From positions 32,001 to 96,000 of the forward strand of contig CAWAAX010000011.1 of assembly GCA_963780225.1 (NCBI GenBank): DNA of 64,000 nt, in the 5' to 3' direction. The stretch comes from an uncultured bacterium (GTDB lineage Bacteria > Edwardsbacteria > AC1 > EtOH8). Position 1 is the first letter of the stretch. Every line of letters starts with the position of its first letter. Made by a program: the position numbers and the translations under genes. The notes below the pieces were generated by a model. It made no database searches. It was given only the letters and a program-made list of their open reading frames with translations, and had not been told where the DNA came from. Of this stretch, positions 1-9,286 are shown piece after piece.

Positions 1-260
<260 letters not shown>

Positions 261-439
261 TTATTTCTAAACTGCTTTGTTTTTAAATTATTGTAACTGT
301 TCGGGCCTTGATTGTAAAGGATGCGTCTGTCAGCTTCTTAGGATTAAGTTACCCTTCAGACTATCAACTCAACCCGCCGGACTTCGGCAGGACTTCGGCA
401 TACTCAGCCTAACAGCTCCATCGGGCCGCTCAGGGTAAG

Positions 440-630
440 CATTGCCACGACCTTCAGGTCGTGGGAGGCAATCTAATGAAACCCGATGGGCTTTAGCCCC
501 AAAGAGAAAATGAATGAGATTACTAAGCCTGTATATTAATTCATCATTTCCGCCGCAGGCGGACAAGCGGGGTTGAAACCCCAAGAGAATTTTCTTATCC
601 TTCAACCACGAGCTAAAGCTCGTGGCAATG
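440..630. repeat. REPIN/MITE-like element with palindromic 25-bp terminal inverted repeats
   Basis: CATTGCCACGACCTTCAGGTCGTGG (440-464) and CCACGAGCTAAAGCTCGTGGCAATG (606-630) are inverted repeats with 3 mismatches, each a hairpin. Internal hairpins GGGCTTTAGCCC (488-499) and GGGGTTGAAACCCC (569-582). Confidence 0.75.
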
Positions 631-663
631 GGGTTGTTATTCCTGTCCGGTTCCTGTCCCTGC

Positions 664-1248
664 TCACTGCTCGTCATTCTGGCCGTTTGGCGGATCGGTC
701 TCGGGTTCTGCGTTTCCGGCCGGAAGCTTGGAAACAGTCACCCGGGCCGGTCTTATGATCTTATCCCGGAACAAAAATCCCTTCTCCACCTCGTTAATCA
801 CGGTATCGGGCGGATGATCCCGGCTTTCCACCGCCAGTATCGCCTCGTGCTTGTTGGGATCAAAGGGCTGGCCCTCGCTCTTCAGCACCAACAGCCCCTC
901 GGCCTCCAATATCTTGTGGATCTGTTGGTCTATCATCTGGATGCCAAGATGAAATGATTTGAAGCCCTCGTTCCGGTCGCATAACTCTTTGGATGAGGTC
1001 AGGGCCCGGTCCAGATTGTCCAGCACCGGCAGGACCTTGGCCACCAGGTTGCGGTTGGCATCGCCCTCCTTCTCCAGATATTCCTTGGCGGTGCGCTTGC
1101 GGTAATTGTCCAGGTCGGCCATGGCCCTCAAATACTTGTCAAAGTTCTCGTCGGCCATCTGGCGGTACAGGTTGGATTGTCCCGTCAGCTCCTTTAAGCG
1201 TCCTCTGAGCTTGCGGTACATTTTCATTCCCTTGTTTTCCTCGGTCAC
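664..1248 (-). CDS. grpE: Nucleotide exchange factor GrpE
   Basis: LRAMADLDNYRKR, LPVLDNLDRAL, FDPNKHEA, KGF...IIRPARVTV motifs; upstream of dnaK; AGGAG RBS before a GTG start. Confidence 0.96.
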   Translation of the reverse strand: MTEENKGMKMYRKLRGRLKELTGQSNLYRQMADENFDKYLRAMADLDNYRKRTAKEYLEKEGDANRNLVAKVLPVLDNLDRALTSSKELCDRNEGFKSFHLGIQMIDQQIHKILEAEGLLVLKSEGQPFDPNKHEAILAVESRDHPPDTVINEVEKGFLFRDKIIRPARVTVSKLPAGNAEPETDPPNGQNDEQ

Positions 1249-1281
1249 TAAACGTCTCCTAAGTTAAAAAGGAAATCTGCT

Positions 1282-1555
1282 GGATTTTTTTATAAGGAAA
1301 CCAGGAAGGCAGGAATTATTCATGGGTTCCTGGGCTTCATGCCTGTCCGCCATAGCAATGCGAAGTCGGGGGTTCCTAAGAAATCCCTGGAGTTTTTTAT
1401 AAGGAAACCAGGAAGGCAGGAATTATTCATGGGTTTCTGGGCTTCATGCCTGTCCACCATAGCAATGCGGAGGCGGGGGTTCCTAAGAAAGCCCTGGAGT
1501 TTTTATAAGGAAACCAAGAAAGCAGGAATTATTCATGGGTTCCTAAGAAAGTCCC
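1282..1555. repeat. Tandem repeat, period about 106-107 bp, two full units plus one internally shortened unit
   Basis: TGGA(G)TTTTTTATAAGGAAACCAGGAAGGCAGGAATTATTCATGGGTT...GGTTCCTAAGAAA recurs at about 1282, 1388 and 1495. Confidence 0.9.
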
Positions 1556-1580
1556 GGTTAATGCCTTTGGGCGACCAATA

Positions 1581-1609
1581 AATATAATCATTTATTAAGA
1601 TTTTGTCAA
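1581..1609 (-). promoter_or_regulatory. Putative sigma70 promoter for grpE-dnaK
   Basis: Minus strand TTGACA-17 nt-TATATT. Confidence 0.6.
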
Positions 1610-1646
1610 GCAATAATAAAACCAGTCCTATGTCTTACCTGCTGGA

Positions 1647-3350
1647 TCAGATTTGAGCCGCGGTCAGCTCCTGCAGTTTGTGTTTGATCTCCTCGGGCCG
1701 GACCTTGGTCACTTGGCCGTCCTTGCGTTGGCGGATCTCCACCATTCCCTCCCGCAGGCCCTTTTCCCCCACGTTGATCCGGACCGGGATGCCGGTCAGG
1801 TCGGCGTCCTTGAACTTAAAGCCGGGGCGCTCCGGGCGGTCGTCCAACAGCACGTCGAAGCCGGCCTGGATCAGGTCGTCGTGGATCTTCAATGCCAACT
1901 GTCCGGCTTCGCTGGCCGGATCGCCCAGCAGGGTGATCAGCACCTGGTAGGGGGCCACCGCCGCCGGCCAGATGATCCCGTCCTTGTCGTGGCTCTGTTC
2001 GATGATGCAGGCCCCGATCCGGTCGATCCCGATGCCGTAGCTGCCCATCACCAGCGGTTTCTGGGTGCCGTCCTCGTCGGTGAAGTTGGCGTTGAGGGCC
2101 TGGGAATATTTGAGGCCCAGCTTGAAGATGTGCCCCAGCTCAATGGCCTGGGTCAGTCCCATGGGTTTGCCGCACTCGGGGCAGGGCTCGCCGTTCTTGA
2201 TGGTCCTGATGTCGGCGTACTCGTCGACTTTCAGGTCCCGGTTGACGCTGATGCCCTGGTAGTGGAAGTGGTCCTTGCAGGCCCCGGAGACCAGCCCGGT
2301 GGCGTCTTTTAAAAGATGGTCGGCGATGATCCTGACGCCTTTGACTCCCACCGGCGAGATGAATCCCACGTTGGCCCCGGTGTGCTTAAGCACCTCCTCC
2401 GGGGTGGCCGGCCGGAAGGTGGCGGTGCCGATGGCCTTCTGCAGTTTGTCCTCGTTGGCCTCGTCGTCGCCGCGGACTAATATGAACACTGGCTTGCCGT
2501 CGGCCATGTACAGCAGGCTTTTCATCAGCTGGGAGGCGGGAACCTTCAGGAACTGGGAAACTTCCTCCACTGTCCTCTTTTCCGGAGTTGAGACCTCCAG
2601 CAGCGGCAGGTCCTGGTACTTCGGAGCCTGGAGCTTGGAGGAAGCGATCTGGATGTTGGCGGCGTAGCCGCAGGCCTCGCAGACCGCGCAGGTGTCCTCG
2701 CCCGAGGGCGAGGGGACCATGAACTCCTGGGAGCCGCTGCCGCCCATCAATCCGGAGGAGGCGCCCACGATGAAGTATTTTAAGCCGCAGCGGGAGAAGA
2801 TCCTCTTATAGGCCTCGCGCATGGCCAGGTACGACTGGTCCAGCCCGTTTTGGTCCCGGTCCATGCTGTAGGCGTCCTTCATGGTGAAGTGCCGCACCCG
2901 GATCACCCCGGCCCGGGGCCGGGGCTCGTCCCGGAATTTAACCTGCATCTGGTACCAGTTCTGGGGCAGGTCGCGGTAGCTGAAGCGCTGGGCCCGGGCC
3001 AGGTCGGTGATCACCTCCTCGTGGGTGGGGCACAGGGCGTATTCCCGCTTCTTGCGGTCCTTTAAGCGGAACATCTCGTCGCCAAAGCTTTCCCAGCGGC
3101 CGCTCTCCTGCCAGATCTCGGCCGGACACAATGCAGGAAGATAGATCTCCTGGGCGCCCGCCCTGTCCATCTCTTCGCGCACGATCTTCATCACCTTCAG
3201 CATCACCTTCCAGCCCAGCGGCAGGTATTCGTAGACCCCGGCGGTCAGCTGCCGGACCATGCCGGCCCGCAGCATAAGCTGGTGGCTGATCATCTCGGCC
3301 TCGGCCGGGACTTCTTTTAACGTGGGTATGAACGCTTTACTCCAGAGCAA
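1647..3350 (-). CDS. proS: Proline--tRNA ligase (bacterial type with editing domain)
   Basis: SHQLMLRAG, CPTHEE, KFRDEPRPRAG, IELGHIFKLG, MGSYGIGIDR, GFKFKDADL motifs; AGGAGG RBS with TTG start. Confidence 0.97.
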   Translation of the reverse strand: MLWSKAFIPTLKEVPAEAEMISHQLMLRAGMVRQLTAGVYEYLPLGWKVMLKVMKIVREEMDRAGAQEIYLPALCPAEIWQESGRWESFGDEMFRLKDRKKREYALCPTHEEVITDLARAQRFSYRDLPQNWYQMQVKFRDEPRPRAGVIRVRHFTMKDAYSMDRDQNGLDQSYLAMREAYKRIFSRCGLKYFIVGASSGLMGGSGSQEFMVPSPSGEDTCAVCEACGYAANIQIASSKLQAPKYQDLPLLEVSTPEKRTVEEVSQFLKVPASQLMKSLLYMADGKPVFILVRGDDEANEDKLQKAIGTATFRPATPEEVLKHTGANVGFISPVGVKGVRIIADHLLKDATGLVSGACKDHFHYQGISVNRDLKVDEYADIRTIKNGEPCPECGKPMGLTQAIELGHIFKLGLKYSQALNANFTDEDGTQKPLVMGSYGIGIDRIGACIIEQSHDKDGIIWPAAVAPYQVLITLLGDPASEAGQLALKIHDDLIQAGFDVLLDDRPERPGFKFKDADLTGIPVRINVGEKGLREGMVEIRQRKDGQVTKVRPEEIKHKLQELTAAQI

Positions 3351-3440
3351 TTAAGTAGCCTCCTAAAATATTCTATTTACAATTTACAATTTGCATTCCA
3401 TTCGGTTGTCTGCCAAGTATGCTTTTCTCAGGACATGTTT

Positions 3441-3923
3441 TCATTTTGAATTAGTATCCAGTATCTTCTTGATCAGCCCGCTGGTGGACTTCCCCGGTGT
3501 CAGCTCTATGGGCAATACTTTACCCCCGTTCTTCAAGACGACATCTGCCCCCACGATCTGCTCGACAGAATAATCCGCGCCTTTTACCAGTATGTCGGGG
3601 ATCAATGCTTCGATAAGTTTTTGCGGGGTGTCCTGGTCGAACAGCACGATGTGGTCCACGCAGGACAGGGCGGAAAGAACCACGGCCCGGTCCTCCTGGC
3701 TGCACAGCGGCCGCTGGGGGCCTTTGATGCGCCGGACCGAGGAGTCGGAGTTCAGGCCGATGATCAGCAGGTCTCCCAGCGCCTTAGCTTTCTCCAGATA
3801 CTCCACGTGCCCCCGGTGCAGGATGTCAAACACGCCGTTGGTAAAGACGACCTTCCTGCCCGCGGCCTTGGCCTGCCGGCGGAGGGTTTTGGCCTGTTCT
3901 GTTGTAACTAACTTATCAATCAT
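3441..3923 (-). CDS. rfaE2: D-glycero-beta-D-manno-heptose 1-phosphate adenylyltransferase (RfaE domain II)
   Basis: VFTNGVFDILHRGH (HxGH), GLNSDSSVRRIKG, PDILVKGADY, STS motifs; start assigned to the ATG at 3923 (3947 is an alternative). Confidence 0.9.
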   Translation of the reverse strand: MIDKLVTTEQAKTLRRQAKAAGRKVVFTNGVFDILHRGHVEYLEKAKALGDLLIIGLNSDSSVRRIKGPQRPLCSQEDRAVVLSALSCVDHIVLFDQDTPQKLIEALIPDILVKGADYSVEQIVGADVVLKNGGKVLPIELTPGKSTSGLIKKILDTNSK

Positions 3924-3994
3924 GTGCGCTTTATCCTTCCCCGTCATCGCGAGACGGCGCTGTGCTTTGCAAACGAAGCGATCTAACTGTATAT

Positions 3995-4759
3995 TTATGG
4001 CAGCACTTTCACCTTTACCGGCTTGCTCTCCCATTCAATGAAACCACGGCATTTGATGGTTCGATCAGCTATGCTTTCCGCCAGGCCAATTTTTGTCTTC
4101 AGCGTTGCCACAGTGTAAAACGATCTGGCCCAAGCGGCCAGCTTCGGGTCGATCTCTTTTATTGTTTGCAAAAGGTCCTTATCCCGGGGTTCATACCTTC
4201 CCGCCAGCATCACTGCCATTAACAGCATCTGTTTGACTGCATTGGATAGGATCATGCAAGCCGTGGCTGGATCCTTCTGGGTTATGTCCAAGGCATCTTC
4301 ATATAACGACCCGGAAAAATATCGTTCATGCACGATGTCCAGCTTGTCCGGCTTCTTTGGTCCTTTTTTCAGGATCTGTTTGGCCTTGGTTGTCAGTTTC
4401 GGCAGCAACGGCTCATTGTCCAGCAACACAAAACCGGTGGAGATCATGTGGGCGGTTATGGGACGCCGCATCTCCCTTTGAGACATGAGATGTTTGATGG
4501 CCGTAGCCGGAGTGTTGACAAAGATCTCTGCCGGCACTCCGTTGAAACGCTTCTGCACCCGTTGCATGAACGGCTTCCGGTGGATGACATACAGATCCAG
4601 GTCGCTGTTGGCGTGCGGCTTCCCGCGGATTATGGTGCCGGAGGCGATGATGGCTGTCGGCTTGAATCTTTTTTGAATGTAACTCACCGCCAGGCGCAAC
4701 GCCCGGTCGTATCGGGAAGGCAGCGACGGCCAGGGTGGGGCTGTGGTCTGTCTTTTCAC
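3995..4759 (-). CDS. Nucleotidyltransferase domain protein (Pol-beta superfamily)
   Basis: IASGTIIRG...SDLDL motif followed by a helical C-terminal domain. Confidence 0.75.
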   Translation of the reverse strand: MKRQTTAPPWPSLPSRYDRALRLAVSYIQKRFKPTAIIASGTIIRGKPHANSDLDLYVIHRKPFMQRVQKRFNGVPAEIFVNTPATAIKHLMSQREMRRPITAHMISTGFVLLDNEPLLPKLTTKAKQILKKGPKKPDKLDIVHERYFSGSLYEDALDITQKDPATACMILSNAVKQMLLMAVMLAGRYEPRDKDLLQTIKEIDPKLAAWARSFYTVATLKTKIGLAESIADRTIKCRGFIEWESKPVKVKVLP

Positions 4760-4840
4760 TGGTTTTACTTGTTGAATCGATAATATCTGCGTTTATCGTT
4801 CGACTGAGCCTGCCGAAGTCAGCGTCCGATAAAATACTTT

Positions 4841-5401
4841 TTACCCTATATACCTCACCGCATCCTCTTTTCTGGGTGCGGCCTGCGGCGGCTCTCCGTC
4901 CGGGTAGCCCAGCGCCACGGCATACAGCGGCTTATAACCTTCCGGTACCTTAAGCTCCCGGGCGAACTTTTCCCCCTCCGGACTCTCCAACAACTGGGCT
5001 ATGATCCCTATCCAACAAGAGCCGATGCCCAGCGAGTGCGCGGCCAGCAGCATGTTCTGGGTGGCGGCGGCGCAGTCGGTCTGGTGGAACTTCGCCTCCT
5101 TGTTCCCCGAGACCACCACCATGGCCGGGGCCCGGTAAAAGGCCTGCCAGTTGGGGTCCTTCAGCCGCTCTTTTATCCGCGGGCTGTCGATGTCCTTATA
5201 CAGGTCCCGCACCTGAACGCTCATCCGGTCCAGCAGTTCCTTGTTTTGGATCACGGTAAAGTGCCAGCTCTGCCCGTTCATGGCGCTGGGGGCATAGCGC
5301 CCGGCCTCGATGATGGCTGCCAGGTCGGCTTCCTTGAGCTGGTCCGGCTTGAACTGGCGGATGCTGCGCCGGGATTTTATAGTCTCGAGCACTTGGTTCA
5401 T
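4841..5401 (-). CDS. Nitroreductase family protein
   Basis: RRSIRQF, APSAMNGQSWHF, AATQNMLLAAHSLGIGSCWIG, LGYP. Confidence 0.92.
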   Translation of the reverse strand: MNQVLETIKSRRSIRQFKPDQLKEADLAAIIEAGRYAPSAMNGQSWHFTVIQNKELLDRMSVQVRDLYKDIDSPRIKERLKDPNWQAFYRAPAMVVVSGNKEAKFHQTDCAAATQNMLLAAHSLGIGSCWIGIIAQLLESPEGEKFARELKVPEGYKPLYAVALGYPDGEPPQAAPRKEDAVRYIG

Positions 5402-5469
5402 TTTTCTCGCCCCTTTTGGGATTCTTAATCACCTTTGACCGGCTTGTATATTCTTAAACCATTACAAAA

Positions 5470-6318
5470 CTACTGATACACTTCAAACTTTATATCGTTC
5501 TTCCCACTGTCTTTGACCGTATACATAAGGTTGTCGGCTTTTTTGATCATTTCGTCCACGCTGTCGGGAATTTTTTTGAAAAGCACCAGGCCCATGCTGA
5601 AACTTACCGGCCACTTCCGCTCTGTAACCTCATTCATAAAATGCTCTCTCATCCTTTTCATGACGGTCAGGCTCGAATCCTCGGTTGCCCCGGGCAGCAG
5701 CACTGCAAACTCATCACCACCCAGCCGGGCCATCATGTCACCATCCCTCAGGTTCTTCTTGATCGTCTGAGCCGCCAATTTTAGCAACTGGTCGCCCACG
5801 CTGTGCCCGAAAGTGTCGTTGATGGCTTTGAAATTGTCAAGATCGATATAGGCCAGAGCTATGGTCTGGCCGCCGGCTTTGGCCGCAGCCAGCGCCGACC
5901 CGGCTGTCTCCATGAAATTCCGGCTATTGGCCGCGCCGGTTAAAAAATCCTGGCGGGCGTAATTCTTTTCATTATCCAGAACCTTGCGCAACCCTGCCAA
6001 AGCATAGGTAACGACCACAAAGGTCAAAAGCCTTACCAGCATATTCCAGTAAGGGACCACCGGATTGGAGTATATATGCCCCGCCGCCAGATCGGCCCCC
6101 AGCCAGGTCAGACTGCTTAACACCGAAACAAACAGCCCCCAGCCTGAACCTACGCACCAGGCCGCCAGGGCGATGGGTAACAGATAGAAGCTGGAAAAAG
6201 CCCATTCCGGACCGGTGAGATAATCAACTGCGCCCAGCCCGACCACCAAAAATATCCCGGCTGCAATTTTTGTCTTTTTCCCCTGCCTTTGGAAAGCTGC
6301 TAAAAAGCTTTGCATCAT
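5470..6318 (-). CDS. Membrane-anchored diguanylate cyclase
   Basis: About four N-terminal hydrophobic segments, then D.LTG..N, DLDNFKAINDTFGHSVGD and an intact ARLGGDEF. Confidence 0.92.
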   Translation of the reverse strand: MMQSFLAAFQRQGKKTKIAAGIFLVVGLGAVDYLTGPEWAFSSFYLLPIALAAWCVGSGWGLFVSVLSSLTWLGADLAAGHIYSNPVVPYWNMLVRLLTFVVVTYALAGLRKVLDNEKNYARQDFLTGAANSRNFMETAGSALAAAKAGGQTIALAYIDLDNFKAINDTFGHSVGDQLLKLAAQTIKKNLRDGDMMARLGGDEFAVLLPGATEDSSLTVMKRMREHFMNEVTERKWPVSFSMGLVLFKKIPDSVDEMIKKADNLMYTVKDSGKNDIKFEVYQ

Positions 6319-6321
6319 TTC

Positions 6322-7410
6322 CTAATCCACGCTGATCAGGTTGTACTTCCGCCGGCCCATCCCCAGCTTCTCGGCATATTCTATCTGGCTGTTGCCGCTG
6401 CGGCCAATCTCCTTGAGGAAGGCATCTTTGCATTTATGCGCCTTGTTCACCAGGTCCAGGCTGGCCTGCTCTATGGCCACGATGTCGGTGGAAGCCAGGA
6501 TGCCGATGTCCTTTACAAAGGGCTTGCGGGCCCGGGCCGCGCAGTCGCAGTCCGGCGAGATGTTCACCAGCACGTTGATGTATATAAGATGATTGCTGTC
6601 GGAAAGCACCTTGGCGTATTCCACCAGCCTTTTGTTGAACAGCTCCGGGCTGACCCGGCTTTTATCGGTCTCGAAGACCTTGGCCGGGCAGACCTGCTGG
6701 CACTGCCCGCAGCCGATGCACTTGCGGGGGTCGATCTTGACCGGGTTCAGGGTGATGGCCCCGGCCGGGCACTGCTTGGCGCAGGCCCCGCAGTTGATGC
6801 ATTTGGAGGCATCGTAACCCGGAACGTAGTTGGCGTGCATGGCCAGCTTGCCGGCCCGGGCGGCCAGGCCCATGGCCACATTTTTGATGGCCCCGCCGAA
6901 ACCGGCCAGCCCGTGGCCCTTGAAATGGGTCAGCATCACGATGGTGTTATAGCGGGAAATATGGCTTCCGGTGATCACCCGGGTGTAGCAGCCGGTGCTG
7001 CAGGCGTAGGCCTTGTCGCCTTCGGAATCCAGGATGTCTATCGGCGCAAAGTCAAAGCCGTGTTCTTTGGCCAGTTTGAGATGCGACTCCGTCTTCTGCC
7101 GCGGGCCGGAGTACAGCACGTTGGTCTCGACCAAAGTGGCGCCCAGGGCCTTCACCAGAGGCTCCACCAGTTCCGGGCTAAGATAATTCTTGTTTCCCTC
7201 TTCGCCGAAATGGGTCTTGACCGCCACCTTGCCTTTGACATTGGAGCGTATCTTTTCAAATACCTTCAGCACTCCCTGGCCCGAGATGTCACTGGTGTAA
7301 TAGACCTTCGATGGCGCGGCTTTAACCTCGGTCTTGTTCTTAGCAAATACCGGGAAAACAAAACCAAGGATTGTTAACAGAACAACGATATTATTTCTAA
7401 GAACCATCAT
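6322..7410 (-). CDS. DUF362 family protein with 2x[4Fe-4S] domain and N-terminal signal-like peptide
   Basis: KTHFGEEGN, THFKGHGLAGFGGAIKN, two CxxCxxCxxxCP motifs, SPDCDC; hydrophobic N-terminus ending PVFA. Confidence 0.85.
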   Translation of the reverse strand: MMVLRNNIVVLLTILGFVFPVFAKNKTEVKAAPSKVYYTSDISGQGVLKVFEKIRSNVKGKVAVKTHFGEEGNKNYLSPELVEPLVKALGATLVETNVLYSGPRQKTESHLKLAKEHGFDFAPIDILDSEGDKAYACSTGCYTRVITGSHISRYNTIVMLTHFKGHGLAGFGGAIKNVAMGLAARAGKLAMHANYVPGYDASKCINCGACAKQCPAGAITLNPVKIDPRKCIGCGQCQQVCPAKVFETDKSRVSPELFNKRLVEYAKVLSDSNHLIYINVLVNISPDCDCAARARKPFVKDIGILASTDIVAIEQASLDLVNKAHKCKDAFLKEIGRSGNSQIEYAEKLGMGRRKYNLISVD

Positions 7411-7458
7411 ACTGTTATCATTTTAACCATTTCAAACGTTTCTAACGTTTCCAACATT

Positions 7459-8533
7459 TCAAACTGTTTTTTCGGTTACCCTTCCCACCGGCGCCACGTA
7501 GACCACGAACTCGTCCCTGCCGTCCAGCTGGCACAGCTTGTCGAACAGCTTCTGGTTATACGCCCCTATGGCGCAGGTCCCGCAGTTTATGGACTCGCAG
7601 GCCAGGTACAGGTTCTGGCAGAGATGGCCCGAGTCTTGCAAAATGATCTTCTTGGCCTCCAGCGAATAGCGCCATTCCGTCTTGTAGGGCACCGCGCTCC
7701 AGATGAAGGTCACCGCGCAGTTGCCCAACGAATGTCTGTCCCAGGGACGCCTTGGTCAGTTTTTTGGGCATGGACGGAACGGTGAAAAGTTTCACCAGCT
7801 TGTGATCCACCGGCTGGTAGCGGTACATTCCCTTTTTCAAACCTTTGACATTGTTGACGGCCAGGTATGTCTCAAACGGATGCATGCATCCGCCGGAGGG
7901 AACTGTGCGAAGGCCGACCTTGCCGTTGGCCATCAGCTTTTTTATCCCCTGGGTGGCCCATAAAAGATATGACAGTTCCTCCAAGGTCAGCGGATCGTCG
8001 CTGTACTCGCGGCGGCTCTTGCGGTCGCCGATGCAGTCGAAGATGTCTGATTTCTTTATGACCGTCTTGTCCGGCTTGGGCAGTTCAATGACCTCGGCGT
8101 CCTTGGGGCATTCCTTCTGCAGCGGCCCGCGCTCCAGCCCCTTGGTCTGGTCCGAGATCACCTTCACCAGCTTGATGAACCCGGCCTTCATCGTCTCGCG
8201 AAACTTCAGGGTCTGCTTCCTGGCCTTGACGGTGTTCTTCTCCAGCTTCTCCATCGTGGCCCCGATGCCCGCCATCATTTTGGAAATCTCTGCCAGGGCT
8301 TTTTCATCCTTCTGGGGGCTGATAGTGATTTCGCCCTTGGCCTGCTCCTTGATAAAACCGTCCCAGCCCTGGGGCAGGCTTTGGTAGAACTCTTCCAGCA
8401 AGGGTTCTCCGGCTTTTTGCAGCATTTTGCAGAAGGCCTCTTTAAGCCCCTTTTCGCTTTCCATGATGTCGCCCACCAATATCTTTCGTTCGGCATCTTT
8501 GAGGGCGATGATCTTTTTGATGATCTCTGACAT
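7459..8533 (-). pseudogene. SagB/ThcOx family dehydrogenase split by a +1 frameshift (pseudogene or sequence error)
   Basis: RKSRREY, LSYLLWATQG, RTVPSGG..HPFETY in ORF 7556-8533. Continuation GNCAVTFIWSAVPYKTEWRY...DSGHLCQNLYL...GTCAIGAY in ORF 7459-7728. One extra base near 7725-7729 (TTC GTT GGG CAAC). Confidence 0.8.
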
Positions 8534-8598
8534 ATTTCACCTGCTGGTTTTAATAATTTACCGTTACTATACACGACGCCATGTGCCTTGTGCGTTTT

Positions 8599-8684
8599 GT
8601 CATTCCGGGCTTGACCCGGAATCCATATTTTTACTGGATTCCCGTTACCCGATCACTGTCGGGTGCAAGTTTTGCGGGAATGAC
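8599..8684. repeat. REP-like doublet GTCATTCC...GGAATCC / GGATTCC...GGAATGAC
   Basis: Inverted GTCATTCC/GGAATGAC ends with palindromic halves. The right half carries an extra hairpin ACCCGATCACTGTCGGGT. Confidence 0.75.
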
Positions 8685-8718
8685 TGGTTGTCATGAGGTT
8701 TACTCCGTTATGGATATT

Positions 8719-9243
8719 TCATACTTCTGGCCCGCCGCCATTTTCCCTTCTTTCTATTTCCGTGAATGTGTCACAGTAATCACGTTGAAAACACTGATCG
8801 CAATTTCCGCTGCACCCGTCAAGATGGAACATAAAACCTTTCGGCATCCGGCACATTACCTCTTCATTTAGTCCCTGGTCCAGCAGATAACGATAGGCTT
8901 CGTCAGCGGGCAGTTTGGGGCGGAAGTCAATGCTGATATTGTGATCAGCTAAAATGTTCTGGACGGCGGCCAGTTTTATTTGCAGGTCTCTCCGGCTCAG
9001 TTGTTCAACCGGCGGAAGATCGAATCCTGCCGGAAGCAGACTGCGCAAGGTGCATCGGGGACCATTGTCAGCCTCCTCGTACTCTATCATGTTCGTTAAA
9101 AAGGCTTTTTCAATCGCAGGATCGTCCGTTTTAGGATCAACCGAAATATTATAATCATTGTGAATCTGCTTTTTCAGCAGATAATTATCAATCATAAGAT
9201 CGGCTGTTTTTCCGGTAATATCTTCCGTCTTCTTTTTTCTCAT
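8719..9243 (-). CDS. Hypothetical protein with C-terminal Cys cluster (CSGNCDQC...C)
   Basis: ORF track 8719-9258; ATG at 9243 is the likelier start; no family recognised. Confidence 0.6.
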   Translation of the reverse strand: MRKKKTEDITGKTADLMIDNYLLKKQIHNDYNISVDPKTDDPAIEKAFLTNMIEYEEADNGPRCTLRSLLPAGFDLPPVEQLSRRDLQIKLAAVQNILADHNISIDFRPKLPADEAYRYLLDQGLNEEVMCRMPKGFMFHLDGCSGNCDQCFQRDYCDTFTEIERRENGGGPEV

Positions 9244-9286
9244 TTTCTCTTCTCGCAACTATAGAAAAAGTTCCGTCGTGCAGAGT

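Noticed and set aside
1282..1555. Possible CRISPR array
   Set aside because: Whole units are near-identical with no unique spacers, the period is too long, and there are no cas genes in the window.
6310..7377. Long antisense ORFs (also 1653-2312, 10541-11347, 11764-12690, 50378-51256, 62084-63166)
   Set aside because: Shadow frames opposite well-supported GC-rich genes, with no recognisable motifs.
7720..7735. Programmed ribosomal frameshift in the SagB-like gene (and at about 55179 and 54489)
   Set aside because: No slippery heptamer or evident stimulatory element; sequence error or mutation is simpler.
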